From assembly GCF_009914755.1 (NCBI RefSeq), contig NC_060947.1: a stretch of DNA of 64,000 bases; one strand, 5' to 3'. A model generated the notes under the pieces. It worked only from the letters and a program-made list of their open reading frames with translations, was not told the DNA's origin and ran no database searches. The DNA comes from the human T2T-CHM13v2.0 reference genome, Homo sapiens. Positions 35,443 to 49,172 of the stretch are shown here, piece by piece. Numbering within the stretch: position 1 is the stretch's first letter; the number at the start of each line of letters is the position of its first letter. A program made the position numbers and the translations under genes.

Positions 35443-36020
35443 CATTTACCCCCCTTTCATTCTTCCCTGGCTCACCAGTTCCTTTGCTGTTCTCGAAACA
35501 TACTCGTTTTGCTCCTGCCACAGGACTTTTCTACTTGTTACTCTCTTTTCCTGGAATGTATAGATATCTACATGGTTTACTCCTTAACACTTTCAGATCT
35601 TCACTCAGATATAACTTCAAATATAAGCTTCATTACTACCCCCCTCCCTCACACAAATGCATATCATTATCCTTCTTCCTTGCTTTGTTTTCCCTTTAGT
35701 GCTTAACTCTAGGGTAATTTTATGCCATGGTTTGCCAGGGACAGTCTGTTTTTTTTTCTGTTGCTCACAGCTATTAATTATTTTTAGCTCCTCTTTCTAC
35801 TTTCAGTAGAAGCCCAGCTTGGATGATAAACTATGTGGTTAGTCTCCTCATCACTATTTTACATGCTATATATTTATATTACTCGTTGTCTGTGTCCCTA
35901 CTCTAGAACTTAAGTTGTATAAGGGCAAAAATTTTTGTTCTAATCTTCACCTATCCCTAGTACCTACAACAGTGCTTTGCATACAGTGAGGATTCATATA
36001 TTGCATGCATGAACAAAACA
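34440..36020 (+). mobile_element. L2 fragment with (CT)n at ~35400-35437 and a MER81-like insert at ~35710-35847
   Basis: L2 RT-like translation LLDLSAAFDTVD; L2 3' end ACAGTGCTTTGCATACAGTGAG; MER81-like TAGGGT...GCCAGGGACAGTC...TTGGATGATAAA. Confidence 0.7.
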
Positions 36021-36042
36021 TTGTTTAAAAATCTGTTCTTTT

Positions 36043-36667
<625 letters not shown>

Positions 36668-37299
36668 AAAATCTGTTGTTTTATGATAAAATATGTTCAA
36701 ATGTTTAAAAATAAGTCTGGCCCCTTTAAGAAGAGTTTATGAGGACAGATGTCGTCAAAATTGCTATTGGTGTAAAAAAAACATATTTGTGAAATTGCTG
36801 TTGGAAACTAGTGGAGATTTAAAGTGCAGAAGTTCCAAGGAAAAGGTGAGACTTCTTAAAAATCAAAATTAATTATTTCCATTGTGGTTTGTCAGTGCCT
36901 CTTTGAAATCAGATTTATTTTCAGGTTTCAGCTCTATTACCTCCCTAATTAAGAATAAGATTCTACCTTCAAGAAACTTGTATTTTTATAAGAAAATCAA
37001 ATGTATAGTAGATGCGATTATAAAAAAAATGTGATATCTGCTTTAACAGAGAAATATGTATTTGTATTCCATATACAATCTCCACAAAGCAGAGACCTTT
37101 TGATATTACTTAAATCAGGTGGATAAATTTTCTAAGAAGGTGATGCTTGAATTAAATATTATAGTTTGAATAGCAATTTGTTTAAAAGGTTAGAAAGGGA
37201 AAAGCATTTGATGGCATAGGGAGTGCTATATATATATAAATATAGCTGTGAAAGAAAATTGCATTTTTAGTGAATAGCAAGAAGTATACCTGTCTCTTC

Positions 37300-40200
37300 T
37301 GTGGCCTGTGTACTGTGGTTGGGTTGTTTATCTTTGTATTATTGAGTTTTGAGAGTTCTTCAGATAATCTAGACATATAAATCTTTTATCAGATATTGCA
37401 GATTCTTTCTCCAGGTCAGTGGCCTGACTTTTCATTTTCTTAACTGTCATTTGAAAAGCAAAAAGTTTCCAATTTTGATGAAATCATATTATCAGTTTTA
37501 AAACCTGTTTTTAAGTTTTCATCCTATCTAAATTTGTAGAAGTTTAGTTTTAGCACTGCATGTTCTCACTCATAAGTAGGAGTTGAACAATGAGAACACA
37601 TGGATACAGGGAGGGGAACAACACACACCAGGGCCTGTGGGGTGGGGGCAGGGGAGGGAGAGCATCAGGGCAAATAGCTAATGCATGCAGGGCTTAAAAC
37701 CCAGGTGATAGGTGCAGCAAACCACCATGGCACAAGTATACCTGTGTAACAAACCTGCACATTCTGCACATATATTTTGGAACTTAAAAATAAAAAAAAA
37801 AGTTTTAGCCCTCATATTTAGGTGTGTGATCTACTTTTAGTTTATTTTTGTGTATGATGTGAAGTAAGGGTTCAGGTTCATTTATTTGCATATGTATGTC
37901 CAATTCTTTCAACACTATTTGTTAAAAATATTATCCTTTCCCCATTAAATTATTAAATCCTTGGCACGTTTGTAAAAATACATTGAGTAAAATTTGATTT
38001 GTGGATAGGATGGAGGAAGCACACTTCCTCTGTCTCCCCTGCTGAGTACAGCTATAAAACCTAGGCAGAATGCATGGAACAGCTATTTAAAGACACAGAA
38101 AATAAAATACCAGTAGGCTATCAGGAAAGAACAACTGAATTCGGAGTACCGATGAACCCACAGTGAATTTACCATTTTTTCCTCTAGTTTTCCTGCCGCA
38201 TGGCCCCTGACACTGCACAGCAGAGCAGGATAGCTAAAGCCCAAGATTTCTGCCTAGAGCACCCAAAAGGGAATTTCCAGGGAAGTGGAAAGTGCTGGAG
38301 ATGGAGGACAAGGAGAGGGAGTTGCTCTGAAAAGCAACCACATAGCTGCACGAGCTTGGATGTGTTCCTAATTAGTATATCAAAGACTAAGAAGTGAACA
38401 AAAGGATAGACCACTGCAGGTTGGAACGTGTGACTTGAATTTACTCAGGTTGATTGCCTGCTAAAGCAAAAAATCAAAATCCTCCATAGGATTTAAACAA
38501 GACCCAGAATCTCATAATATTCAAAATGTTCAGAGTACAATAAAAAATTAGTTGGCATATGAAGAACCAGGAAAATATTCATTCACACAAAAAAGGACAA
38601 AGTATGACTTTATGTAGATAACATTAAAAATCAATAAATTAGAATGCAGAGGAAGTAAAATTGATAAAACCAAGTGCTGTTTATTTGAAAATACCGATAA
38701 AAATAAGTAATAAGAAGAGAAAACACACAAGACTACAAATGAGAGAGAGGTTTCTATCCACCATTACAGAAATTTTTAAATTATGCTAAGTACAACTGTA
38801 CACCAATGCATTTGGAAATCTACCTGAAATAGATAATTTTCAGGGAAAACACAAATTACCAAAATTTACTCATGAGGATGTATGCAGTGTTTTTGTTTTT
38901 GTTTTTGTTTGTAGAGACAGGGTCTCACTATGTTGCCCAGGCTGGTCTCGAACTCCCAGCCTCAAGCTATCCTCCTGCCTTGGCCTCCCAAAGTGCTGAG
39001 ATTACAGGTTTGAGCCACCACGCCCAGCCAGATGTACGTGTTAATCTAGATTGGCTATGACTTGCTGTGGTAGTCATTCCCAGTCCTGGGGGCTACATGT
39101 CCATTATAGGTCAAGGATTGCTCTGCTCCATGTTTACTTTACTCCTGAATCCAAGCTAATAGAAAAGCCCCTAGCTGGGACATTGCCAGTCACATGGCCA
39201 AACCTACATCATGAGAGGGAAATATAATCCTGTTTCAGGGAAGGGCAATGAACATATATGAAAACGGTCAATATTATGAAAACGGTCAATATTATGGTTG
39301 AAAACTGAATCTAACCATTACCATGAAATAAATGGAAAGATTGTCAAAGATCTATACCCCTTTCCACGCACACAAAAAAAGGAATGCTGGACCAAAAAGC
39401 TCTTATGAGTGAATTCTATCAAACCTTCAATAAACAGACCACCCCCACGTTATTTAAAATATTCTAGTGTATAGAAGAAGACAGATTTCTAATAGTTTCA
39501 TCATTCCTGAGGCCAGCATAACCATGATATCAAAACCTGACAGAAAGCACAAAAGATCACCATTTTCCAATGTGTTATTCACTGAAATGTCTGTTAAGAT
39601 GCTTCAGAAAGTGAGTTATTTTGTCATATAAGTTGAGGAGATGCTGTATAAAATTACCTCCCAATGGAGAGTCCCAATATACCATAGTATTCAGTAGTCC
39701 TACAGAATACTATTTTGCTTTATTTAATCCACAATTTTCTGAATTTGTTTGACTGTAGGTGCCCCCCAACACACACCTAGATTCTTTGTAATCCCCATGG
39801 AATACATTTCTGGAAATGGTATTATGAACCAATCTGAAGCATGAATTTAAATGCAAAGATCCTAAATAAAATGTTAGTAAATTAAATTAAGCAGTATTTA
39901 AAAAATACACTATGAACAAGTAGAGTTTATTCCAAGAATGTAAGTAAATATGGTTTAACATAAACAGATTTACTAATATAATTAATTACATTCACAGGTT
40001 AAGGGAAGAAAACCATTTGATTTCCTCAACGGGTACCAGAAAGACATTTGAAAAAGTCAATATGCATTCTTTCTAAAAGCACTTAGTAAAATAATAATGC
40101 AGCGAAAAGTTCCATAGACTATTAAAGATAATTTAAGGTCAAAATGCTAGAAGCACGTAACAGCAGGAAAAAGACAAAGGTGCCCACCACCACTGCAGTT

Positions 40201-41700
40201 ATTTACCATTTTACTCTAAGATCTAGCCAGTGTAAAAAGACAATAAAAAGAAATGAAGTATAAATATTAAAAGGAAGAGAGAACATTATCATTACCTGTA
40301 GATTATAATGTCTGCCTGGAAAGCAGAAGAGATCAACTGAAAAACTATTTGAGGTAATAAGAGAGTTTAGTAAGGTGTCTGGCTACAAGATATAAACCAA
40401 TCCACAGATTTCCTACATGCTAGCAATGATCAATTAGAACATATAATGAGAAAACGAGTCATTCCAATGATAGCAGAAGTTATAAATTAGGAATAAACAG
40501 AAAATGGCTAAACTTAGAACTATAAGAAGTTACTGATGGACATAAACAAGGATTAAAATAATTGAATGACATATTCTTGGGCAAATATTGTAAAGATACT
40601 TGTTCCTGCCATATATCAGTGTCAGTAAATTAATGCAACTTCAATCAAAATCCCAATATTACCTTAGGGGAAACTTGACACATCTTCAGGTTCTAATATA
40701 CTGCATGAGAATAACAAAGACAATTTTGAAGTGACAAAAGATAATAAAAACATATTACAGAGTTACTGTAACTAAAACAACGTAGGCAAGGATAGAAAAC
40801 TAGATTAATGAACTAAAAAAGCTAAGTCCAAAACCAGACCCATGTATATATGACAGTTTAATATTTGAAAAGGGTAGAATTTCCAATTATTAAAGGAACA
40901 ATGGAATATTCTCCAGATGGTGGAGGGACAAATAGCTAGTCATTTGGGAAAAATAGTTCTTATCCCTATCTCCACTTCCTATACCTAAGTCAATTCCTAA
41001 GGGAATCCCAAATCCATTATAAGAAATCATAGGAAAACCGTTTTCTAGTTTTTGAGTGGGGAAGGCCTATCTCAACCTAACATCATTGCCAAAAAACATT
41101 AAGACAACATACTGTACAAGAAAGATAACATAAGTTACATGGCACAAAAATCAAAAGATACAAAATGTTATCCAATGGAAATTAAGTCTTCCTCACAGCT
41201 TGTCTTCCAGGCATCAGTTCCCCAATTCTGAGACAAAGACTGTTTCCAGTTTATTGTAGACAACAGATTTAATCACCTATATATGACAGACTTCTGTATT
41301 AACCACCAGAAAGCTTAAGAAATCAGAAAAACCTAAAAAAAATTGCAACATATGTGATGAATAAAAAACTAATTTACATATATAAGGAGATCATACTAAT
41401 AAATAGGACTACTTCAGCTGCAAGCCACAGAAAACCAGTAACCAAGATATGCACATTAAAAAATATTGATCTAATCAATTATATCAAAATTTTAAATGTA
41501 TATTTTCTTTGATTCATAAATTCTATTTCTAGGATTTTGACTTGAGGACATAATTAGTCAAATATACAAAGATATATATGCATCATAGAATTGCTTTATA
41601 ACAGCAAAATTTGCACATAACCTGAGGATTGATTATATAACTTGTATATCCATACAGTGGAATACTATTGTATCAAGAGACTTTCAGCTATAGGTGGAAA
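37300..41700. mobile_element. Mosaic of old L1 fragments, with an L1PA 3' end (~37556-37800, +) and an Alu monomer (~38890-39030, -)
   Basis: CATGTTCTCACTCATAAGT...AAACCTGCACATT; decayed ORF2-like A-rich sequence at 38550-41660. Confidence 0.65.
39257..39296. repeat. Perfect 18-bp tandem duplication
   Basis: (TATGAAAACGGTCAATAT)x2 + TATG. Confidence 0.95.
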
Positions 41701-42639
41701 AAAACTGCACAAACTAAAATGGGATTTATTACTCCTGTAACAAGGAATCTTAATATAGGGTGACTCCAGGGTAATTAAATCTGTAGTTCAATGACATTAT
41801 CAAGGACCCAGTTTTCTTCTATCTTTGCTCTGTCATCTTTAGTATGTCAACTAACTCTTGATCACATTTAGCAAATATGTACAGGTACTGATAAACTGTA
41901 AAGATATAATGATTAGCAAAAACAGACATAGTTTCTGTCCTTGTGTATTTACAGGGAATATACAACATGTGAAAAAGGTAATGGCATAGTATGTGTTACA
42001 TGATACCCTTTATGAAAAAGATTCATTTCGGGGCAAACATATTATAGTATGTAACCTTTTCTGGTAAGATTGTTATGTGATGTTCACCAAATGCCAGAGC
42101 CTGTGCTAAGTACTTTATATGGATTATCTCATTTTATCCTCACAACTCTATGAATTAATACTATTATTATCCAATTTTATATATGTGTAAACTGGGACTC
42201 AGAGAGATTGAATCACACATAACCGGTAGTCAGAATTTGAACTCATGTCTGTTTTATTCCAAAATCCGTACTCTTAACCACTATGTTAAACAACCTTTTG
42301 AAAATGGAAATAAAAATATATAGAAAGAAATAGACCAAGCTTTTAACAGTCATTTTCTTCAGGAACTTATGGTTGAATGCTATTGACTACAAGAGCCAGG
42401 AAAAACGGGGAGGAAAACAAAATCCAGGGGTACATTGATAGACTGGCAGTGGGGACTGGTTGATTGCCTAAAACGTCCTGAAGACATTTAAAAGCAGGTC
42501 TCATAGGAGAGAGTGAGCAACCAGAACTTATAATCAGAACTCTAGAGGCTGTATAAAATTTGGTAATGCTTCAAGATAGGGACATGTGTGTATTTTACTG
42601 ATGTGAAGTAAGAATCAAGGTCATTGGATTAAAGTAGAG

Positions 42640-44885
42640 CAAGAAAACAATCATTCATTCAAGTATGTATAGATGATTCAAGCACCTAACTTGCTACAAG
42701 TTAGAGAAATACTGGTGAACAAGATGAGTAAGATTTGTAGCCATGTTAAGAAATGTAGGGTTTATTTGGATTTTGTTCTAAATGTGACAATAAACCATCA
42801 GTGGGTTTTAATCAGAGGAATTACTTGATCTGACTTACGTTGTGAAAAGATCACTCTGGCTGTTAGGTTGAGAATGTATCATGGGAGTGGGAACAAGGAC
42901 TAGGGAGGCTAGTTAGGAAGATAGCGAAGTAAGAGTTCATAGTGGCCTGGACAAACGTGATATCAATGGAGATGGAGAAAAGTGGCAGACACACACACAC
43001 ACACACTCACACACACGTACATATATTTATTTATATATTTGTTTATTTATTTGAGACAGGGTCTTGCTCTGTCACCCAGGCTGGAGTGCAGCGGTGTGAT
43101 TACAGCTCACTGAAGTGATCCTCCCACCTCACCCTCCCTTGTAGCTGGGACTACAGGCATGTGCTACCATGCTGGGCTATTTTTTTTTTAGGAGAGATGG
43201 GGTCTCATTGTGTTGCCCAGGGTCAGACACATATTTTGAAGTTAGAGTTGACAGTGCTAGATGATGGATTTGATATGAGAAATGAGGGGGAGTGAGGAAT
43301 TAAGAATAACTCCCAATTTCTGTGAATGGTGGTGTCATTTATAGAGCTGAGGAAGACCGGGGTTGTTGGAGCACATTTTGATAGACGTTGAAGACATTGA
43401 TTTTAGCATTGGATATGTTGAGTCTGAGAAATCTGTGGCTTTGTTTAGTAGGCAAGTTGGCTGTATTGATATAACGTTCAGAAAAGTGAGCTAGAGTTAC
43501 TGATTTTGGAATCAGCAATGGAAAGATGGTAACTGAAGTCACGAGAGTGGGTAAGATTGTCTAGGGAGAGGAGAGGATAGAGAGAAGAAAGAGAGAAGAG
43601 AATTGGTCCTCTGACAGAACTGAGAACACCAAGTTCCTGAGAGGCTTAATATAGGCAGCAATCATTCCACCAACACTATGCCGGCAAAGGCCACTCATGA
43701 CTTCCTGTTCTCTCAAATCTTGCGGATTCATTTTAGTTTTTATCTTTCTGAATCGACTGCTGCATTTTGATACTACTGTTCACACCATCCTATAAAACTG
43801 TACTCTCCAGGATTTCATTGTCTCCTTGTAAGTTTCCTTTCCCTTTTCTGTGTGCCCTACACTTTATTGTTACCCAGGGAAGACTAAAGAGTAAGACTCT
43901 AGGTTGAGCTGTCAGCAATGACTTTTGGAGCCACGTCTTCCCTAGGATGAGGAAACTGCTTCCAACTCTTGGAAGCTGCTGGCTCCAGAACTTGATGAAG
44001 GTGAGCGAGCAATCCATGCAGATATCTCAGGAAAAAGAATTCCAGACAGAGGGAAAAGCAAATACAAAGTCCCTGAGGTGGGAATGTGCTTAAGTGTGTT
44101 TGAAGAACAGGAAAAGAACCCATGTAACTGGAGTAAAATAAAGAGGGTTAGCAGTAGGAAATGAGGTTACAGAGGTGATGAGATGGAGATGGAATTTATT
44201 TCCAAGGGTTCTTCTGCAGGCCATTGGAAGGACTTTGGGTTTTAAGCTGAGTAAAATGTATAACCACTGGAAAATCATGAGTAGACGATTGCTTATAACT
44301 AATGTTTTATCAGGCTCCTTCTGGCTGCTCTGTGGAGAATAAACTGCAAGCATGGCAGGGGTGGGGAAGGGGAGACGACAAGAGTGGCAGCAGGGAGACC
44401 AGCTGTCACAATAACTCAGAAAAATGATAGTGGACAGCACCAGTGTGTTAGCATTGAGAATGGTGAAAAGCTGTCATATTCTGGTTATACTTTTAAGGTA
44501 GAGCCAGCATAATTTCCTGATAGATCAGATGTGGACTATGAAAGAAAGGAGTCAAGGATGATACCAAGATTTTTGGCAAAGGTAGATGAAAGGACAAAGT
44601 TGCCATTTACTGAGGAGGGGAAGACTATGAGAGGGACATATTTGGGGAGGAAGATTAGGAGCCTGATTTGGGACATGTTAAATTTGTGATGCCTGATAGA
44701 CATTCAAGTGAGGATGTCAGGTAAACAGTTGGTTATAAAGGTCTGGAGTCCATGGGAAATAGACAAGTTGAAGATAAAAATTCGGGACTCATTGACTTAT
44801 AGATTTAATTTATAGCCATGGGACTGAATGAAGCCACCAAGAGAATTAATATAAATGAAGAAAAAATGATCAAGCCCTGGGGAGC
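42640..44885 (-). mobile_element. L2 fragments with (CA)n and a partial antisense Alu (~43030-43225)
   Basis: L2 motifs AAAGATCACTCTGGCTG, GGAGTCAAGGATGA, TTGGGACATGTTAAATTTG. Confidence 0.65.
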
Positions 44886-45666
44886 ATTTTAAGGAGAAGG
44901 AGATGTTACATTGTTGTTGTTTTCCTTTCTTCTTTCCTTCTTCTCCCCTTCCCTCCCTTCCATTCCCTCTTAACTATAAAAGTGATAAAGCTGTACAGAA
45001 CTTAGGCTACCTATCTACTTATGCCCAGACTCAGAATCCATTATCTTTCCTTTTTTTTTTTAACCCTCCCCCCACCCTCATGTGTACTATCAATCCTGGG
45101 AAATGTGCTGAACTATTGTGTTCTTATGTTGGTGCCACACTGTAAGTGATCCTGGCATAAAAAGCATGCCGTAGTAGGATTTGAAAAAGCTGAGGCAACT
45201 TAGCCTGGAAAAAAGAAGACTTTCCAGGGAACATAATAGTTGTAATCAACTACTTGGCAACAGAATTAAGACTCTTGATTAAAAATCATCATGATGAAGA
45301 TTTAGGCTTGACAGAACCAACTTTTCTCAAAGTGGCATATGCTCACCAGGAAGTATTGAGGTCCCAGGGACTTTTGATATGATGGTCAGATAACTTTCAA
45401 AAATTATATTCTCTTTCTGGCTTTAAGGTAATGGTGAATACGATTGTGTATGGTATATGTCACATCTTATTGATATCCTTGGTAGTAGTTGCTACGCTGT
45501 AGTAACAGATTCTGGAAATAGCTATAACACACACTTGGAATCTCACAGTCACATAATCAATCATTTTACTAAATACAAGCATATTTTCATTCACATACAG
45601 CTAAATAAAGCATTTTTCACATTTCATTACAGTGCACAACAAAGTGAGGAAAAGTATACAGTACAT

Positions 45667-45672
45667 TTTATT
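45667..45672 (-). terminator. Candidate distal RAB39B poly(A) signal AATAAA (variant AGTAAA at 45565-45570)
   Basis: TTTATT on + strand near the end of ~2.5 kb of mostly unique AT-rich 3'UTR-like sequence. Confidence 0.5.
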
Positions 45673-48110
45673 CTGAAATATGAGACAATCTAATCCAACA
45701 TGCAGTTGTGGTCTTTGTTACAAGTTAGTTTATCTTTTCTTTACCTATGTAGTAAAATAGCTTCTAAAGCTTTATCCTTAGTATTATATTAACACCTGAT
45801 TCTTTTCACACTTATTTTCTAAAACCCACTTATTGCAGTGACAATGGTACTGAATTCTACTAAAATGATTTTTAAATTTTCTAGAACTTATTTAAGCAAT
45901 TAAGCTCAGCCACCTCTGCTGGATTTATGCTGAATATTTTTAAACCTGCCAGAAAATGCCAGGAGTGGGAATACTGTACATATAATAAATTTTAGTGAAG
46001 AAAATTGTAGGGAAGTTTTGTTTCTTTCCTTTTTTGAACTGACAGAATCCAGTCGACTCTCATTTACCCACTGGATAATCTTGCTTTCAGAATCTTCTAA
46101 ACATAATTCAGTATAGCAGTTGATGAAATTTTGTGTTAATGAAATTTGCCATGTTTTGTTTGTCTTTTACAACCACGAAGGTGGCAATTTAATTACCCCA
46201 CCTAAGCCAGCTCTTGTGAAATGAATATAGAGAAGATGATCAGTTCACTTGTAGTTAATGCTGTGAACTGATCCAAAGTGGTTTGCTCATCCAACTTGGG
46301 GCACAGGTGGCAGAATAGTCTTCCATAATTTTCATGATTTGGTTTCTTTATTCTGGCTAAAGCAAATTCCCAAAGTTTCAGATTCGGTCACATTCATACT
46401 GAAGTTCAATATTATATCTCAAAGCGATTTGCCATTCTTAGGCCTTCCTATCACGATGGATATGAGAAACCTGACTCTAGTCAGAATAGTTTTTTTTTTT
46501 AATTGTGAAAAGTATGGCTTTTGCCTAGCTGAACTGGCTACAATCCAAAAAGTAATTTAAAGCATCACCTCTCTTCAAGAAAATAATGGAAACTTCAAGC
46601 CAGCCATTCCAATTTGCTGATGCAGTTAGCTGTTTGTTCACCTGAGAATTAAGGGCTGACTCTCTTGGGTAGACAGGAACTCAGTGTACGTATATGGCAG
46701 ACAGGTGGCCAAGGTCATTTTGGGGTGGGTATTTTATCCCTATCCCACTCCGCATTGCTGTACGTGGTTCCTTTCAATAAAAATCCACTGTGTCTCAGTG
46801 ATAAGAACACTTATAGCCCACACAGTTCTAATGTCTTTTTAGTTGTGCAATTATTCACTTGTTTAAAGCCCTCTTGTCAATAATGCCTGAATGGGCTTTA
46901 CCTTTGATTCCTTCCCATGTTCCCTCAGGATTATAGCTGAGTTGTAATCAATAAGGAAAACATATCCTAACATGTAGAGAACATTTATTTATAGTCATAT
47001 CTCTTCCCAAGTAAACAAATTCATAATCATTTATTCATCTGACAGCAGTATGATGCAGTGAAAAGAGCTAGGAGTCACGAGTCCTTGACCCTGGCCAAGT
47101 GATTTTCATGGCTCTTAGTTTACTATTCTGTAAAATGGGGCAAAAACCTCGTAGGCCTGTTATGATGATCAAATAAGTAGCCCAAGTAACTGTAAGCTGT
47201 TTGTAAGGGTTACAGTGCCTCCTGTTCAGCAGGAGAGAGTGTTTGCCTCAGGGCTCTTTTCAGAGGCAGTCACTGTGTTGTCACTGTCACGTGCCTGAAG
47301 AAGCAAGCAGACTGTTTACTTCCAGATTGCAGGTGCCAAGGCATTGAAACCCCAGGCATGGTCAAAGGAAAAAGGGGGTATGGCATTTGGGTTATAGTGT
47401 CTCTTTCCTAGTTATAGGGTAATTTGCATGGGACAATTTGTTTCATACAGCTGGTAATTCTATCACAAGGGTGTTCATTTTCTGAAATGTGCTAATAACT
47501 GTGTCGATTGCCTTCCTTTCCATAGTCACATCATTTTTACTTGAACACCAGACCTTTTGGTCTGTGTTCCTCATTTTACAGAAAGCTGTTAAAAGCTAAT
47601 TGGTACCTTTTAACCAAACCCAGCAAACACCTTTGGTGCAGGGTATTCTCACGGAATAAGTAGAGCTCATAATCTTTGTTTAGTTATGCTAATTGTCCCC
47701 ATTGTGAAACTTTTTTCCCCTTTATGTATTTCTTTATGTTCATGGCCTATAAGTGAGCTCAAATACCAAGGAACAGTTGTCCTGTCTGTAGGTATGTTTT
47801 CCTGGGACTTAGCTTCCTAAACCCCAGGCCTTTAACATGTGGTCCACAAAGGGCTCATGGAGCAGCCACTGCCTAGCATGGGCCACAAAACAGTGCCTGG
47901 CCTGGCCCATGTCAGCAATTCAGTCCCTTGGTCACAGCACTCAGGCACCCCCATCCACCCGCACACGAGTCTGTCAGAGTCCCCCTGAGAGGGAGGCTCA
48001 CTTGGTATCCAAATGGAGGTTGAGTTCTCATCAGTTACACAAAGATTCTATTTATTTCTCTTACTTTTCAGTTCAAGTAGGAGAGCATGTTTTGGAAATA
48101 AAAGAACTGA

Positions 48111-48537
48111 CTAGCACAAACATCTCCTCTCTGATTTGACAACCTCTTCTGAAGAGTGAACCACATTTGGTACAAATCCACTCTTCACCCCTTCCCAGCC
48201 CTCCTGGATTGTAATCTCCCCCCTTTTAACCAGCTCATATATGTCTCTTGTCAGGTCTGTGAAGGCTTTCTCCACATTAATGGCATCTCGGGCTGACGTT
48301 TCAATGTACTTCATGCCGTATGCAGCAGCCAGTTTCTCGGCCTCGTGGCGAGTCACTTGCCTCTGTGTATCCAGGTCACACTTGTGACCCACCAGAACAA
48401 ATACAATTTGGTAGGGCTGAACGTGTACTTTGGTCTCTTCTAACCACTCATGGACATTCTGGAAGGACCTGCGGTTGGTAATGTCAAATAAGAGAAGACC
48501 ACCTACTGAGTTCCTGTAGTAGGCGCGAGTGATGGAT
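48111..48537 (-). CDS. RAB39B: RAB39B coding exon 2
   Basis: Acceptor TCTTGTGTTTTAG|A; (R)SITRAYYRNSVGGLLLFDITN...GHKCD...ETSAR...ERRCLC*; C-terminal CxC prenylation motif; 427 nt. Confidence 0.97.
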
Positions 48538-49131
48538 CTAAAACACAAGAAAGAAGTAAAGAGTAAAGGCTGTGCCCAAACTTCTGCATGTCAATGAACT
48601 CAGTATATTCAAGTGTTCCTGGTTAGTGACACAGTCCTTTAATAAAAATGATTTTCTTTTTTTTTAAAAAAACAAAGGAATACAAATGGCATTCCATACT
48701 ACTACTAATATGTGAGTTTCCAATTGGGCCAAACTTTGAGATGGGCATCTTCTAGAAACGAATGTTCATGAACTTTTAGGCATTTTCCATGGATTCAGCA
48801 CTGGAGAGTGACCCTGGGACATAACTGAGTTCTATTTCTTGCCTTCAGGTAAAACTACAACTAACTCTCCCACCCCCCAAATCTGAATAACTGACAGAGA
48901 CTTCCTTTTCTGCAAAATAGGATACCCAAGTCACAGTGTTACCATGAGGCAAAATGAAACAATGGATATTAAAGTGTTCTGTGACGTGGAGAGTTCATTA
49001 CAAATGCTAGCAGTTGAAACAGGATTTTTAAAACATAGAAATGAATTTATGATAGTTAACAAAATATTTAAAGTAGGTATCTTGCTACTCCATTTTTTCC
49101 ATTTATCATTACCATGTTTTTTTCTCTTTCC

Positions 49132-49172
49132 ATTATTATTATTGTTTATTATTATTATTATTATTATTATTA
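49132..49172. repeat. (ATT)n microsatellite in the RAB39B intron
   Basis: Direct reading. Confidence 0.9.

Noticed and set aside
34496-35706. ORFs up to 197 aa, including an LDLSAAFDTVD motif
   Set aside because: Decayed L2 reverse-transcriptase remnant plus (CT)n; not an intact gene
45630-45976. 7-mer miRNA seed matches in the RAB39B 3'UTR (TGCACTG, TGCAATA, CAGTATT on the minus strand)
   Set aside because: Single 7-mers are expected by chance in a 2.5-kb UTR and conservation cannot be assessed here
48111-48548. ORF-track start MCFRSITRAYY as an independent 145-aa protein
   Set aside because: The first codons are the intronic acceptor tract; the ORF is RAB39B exon 2
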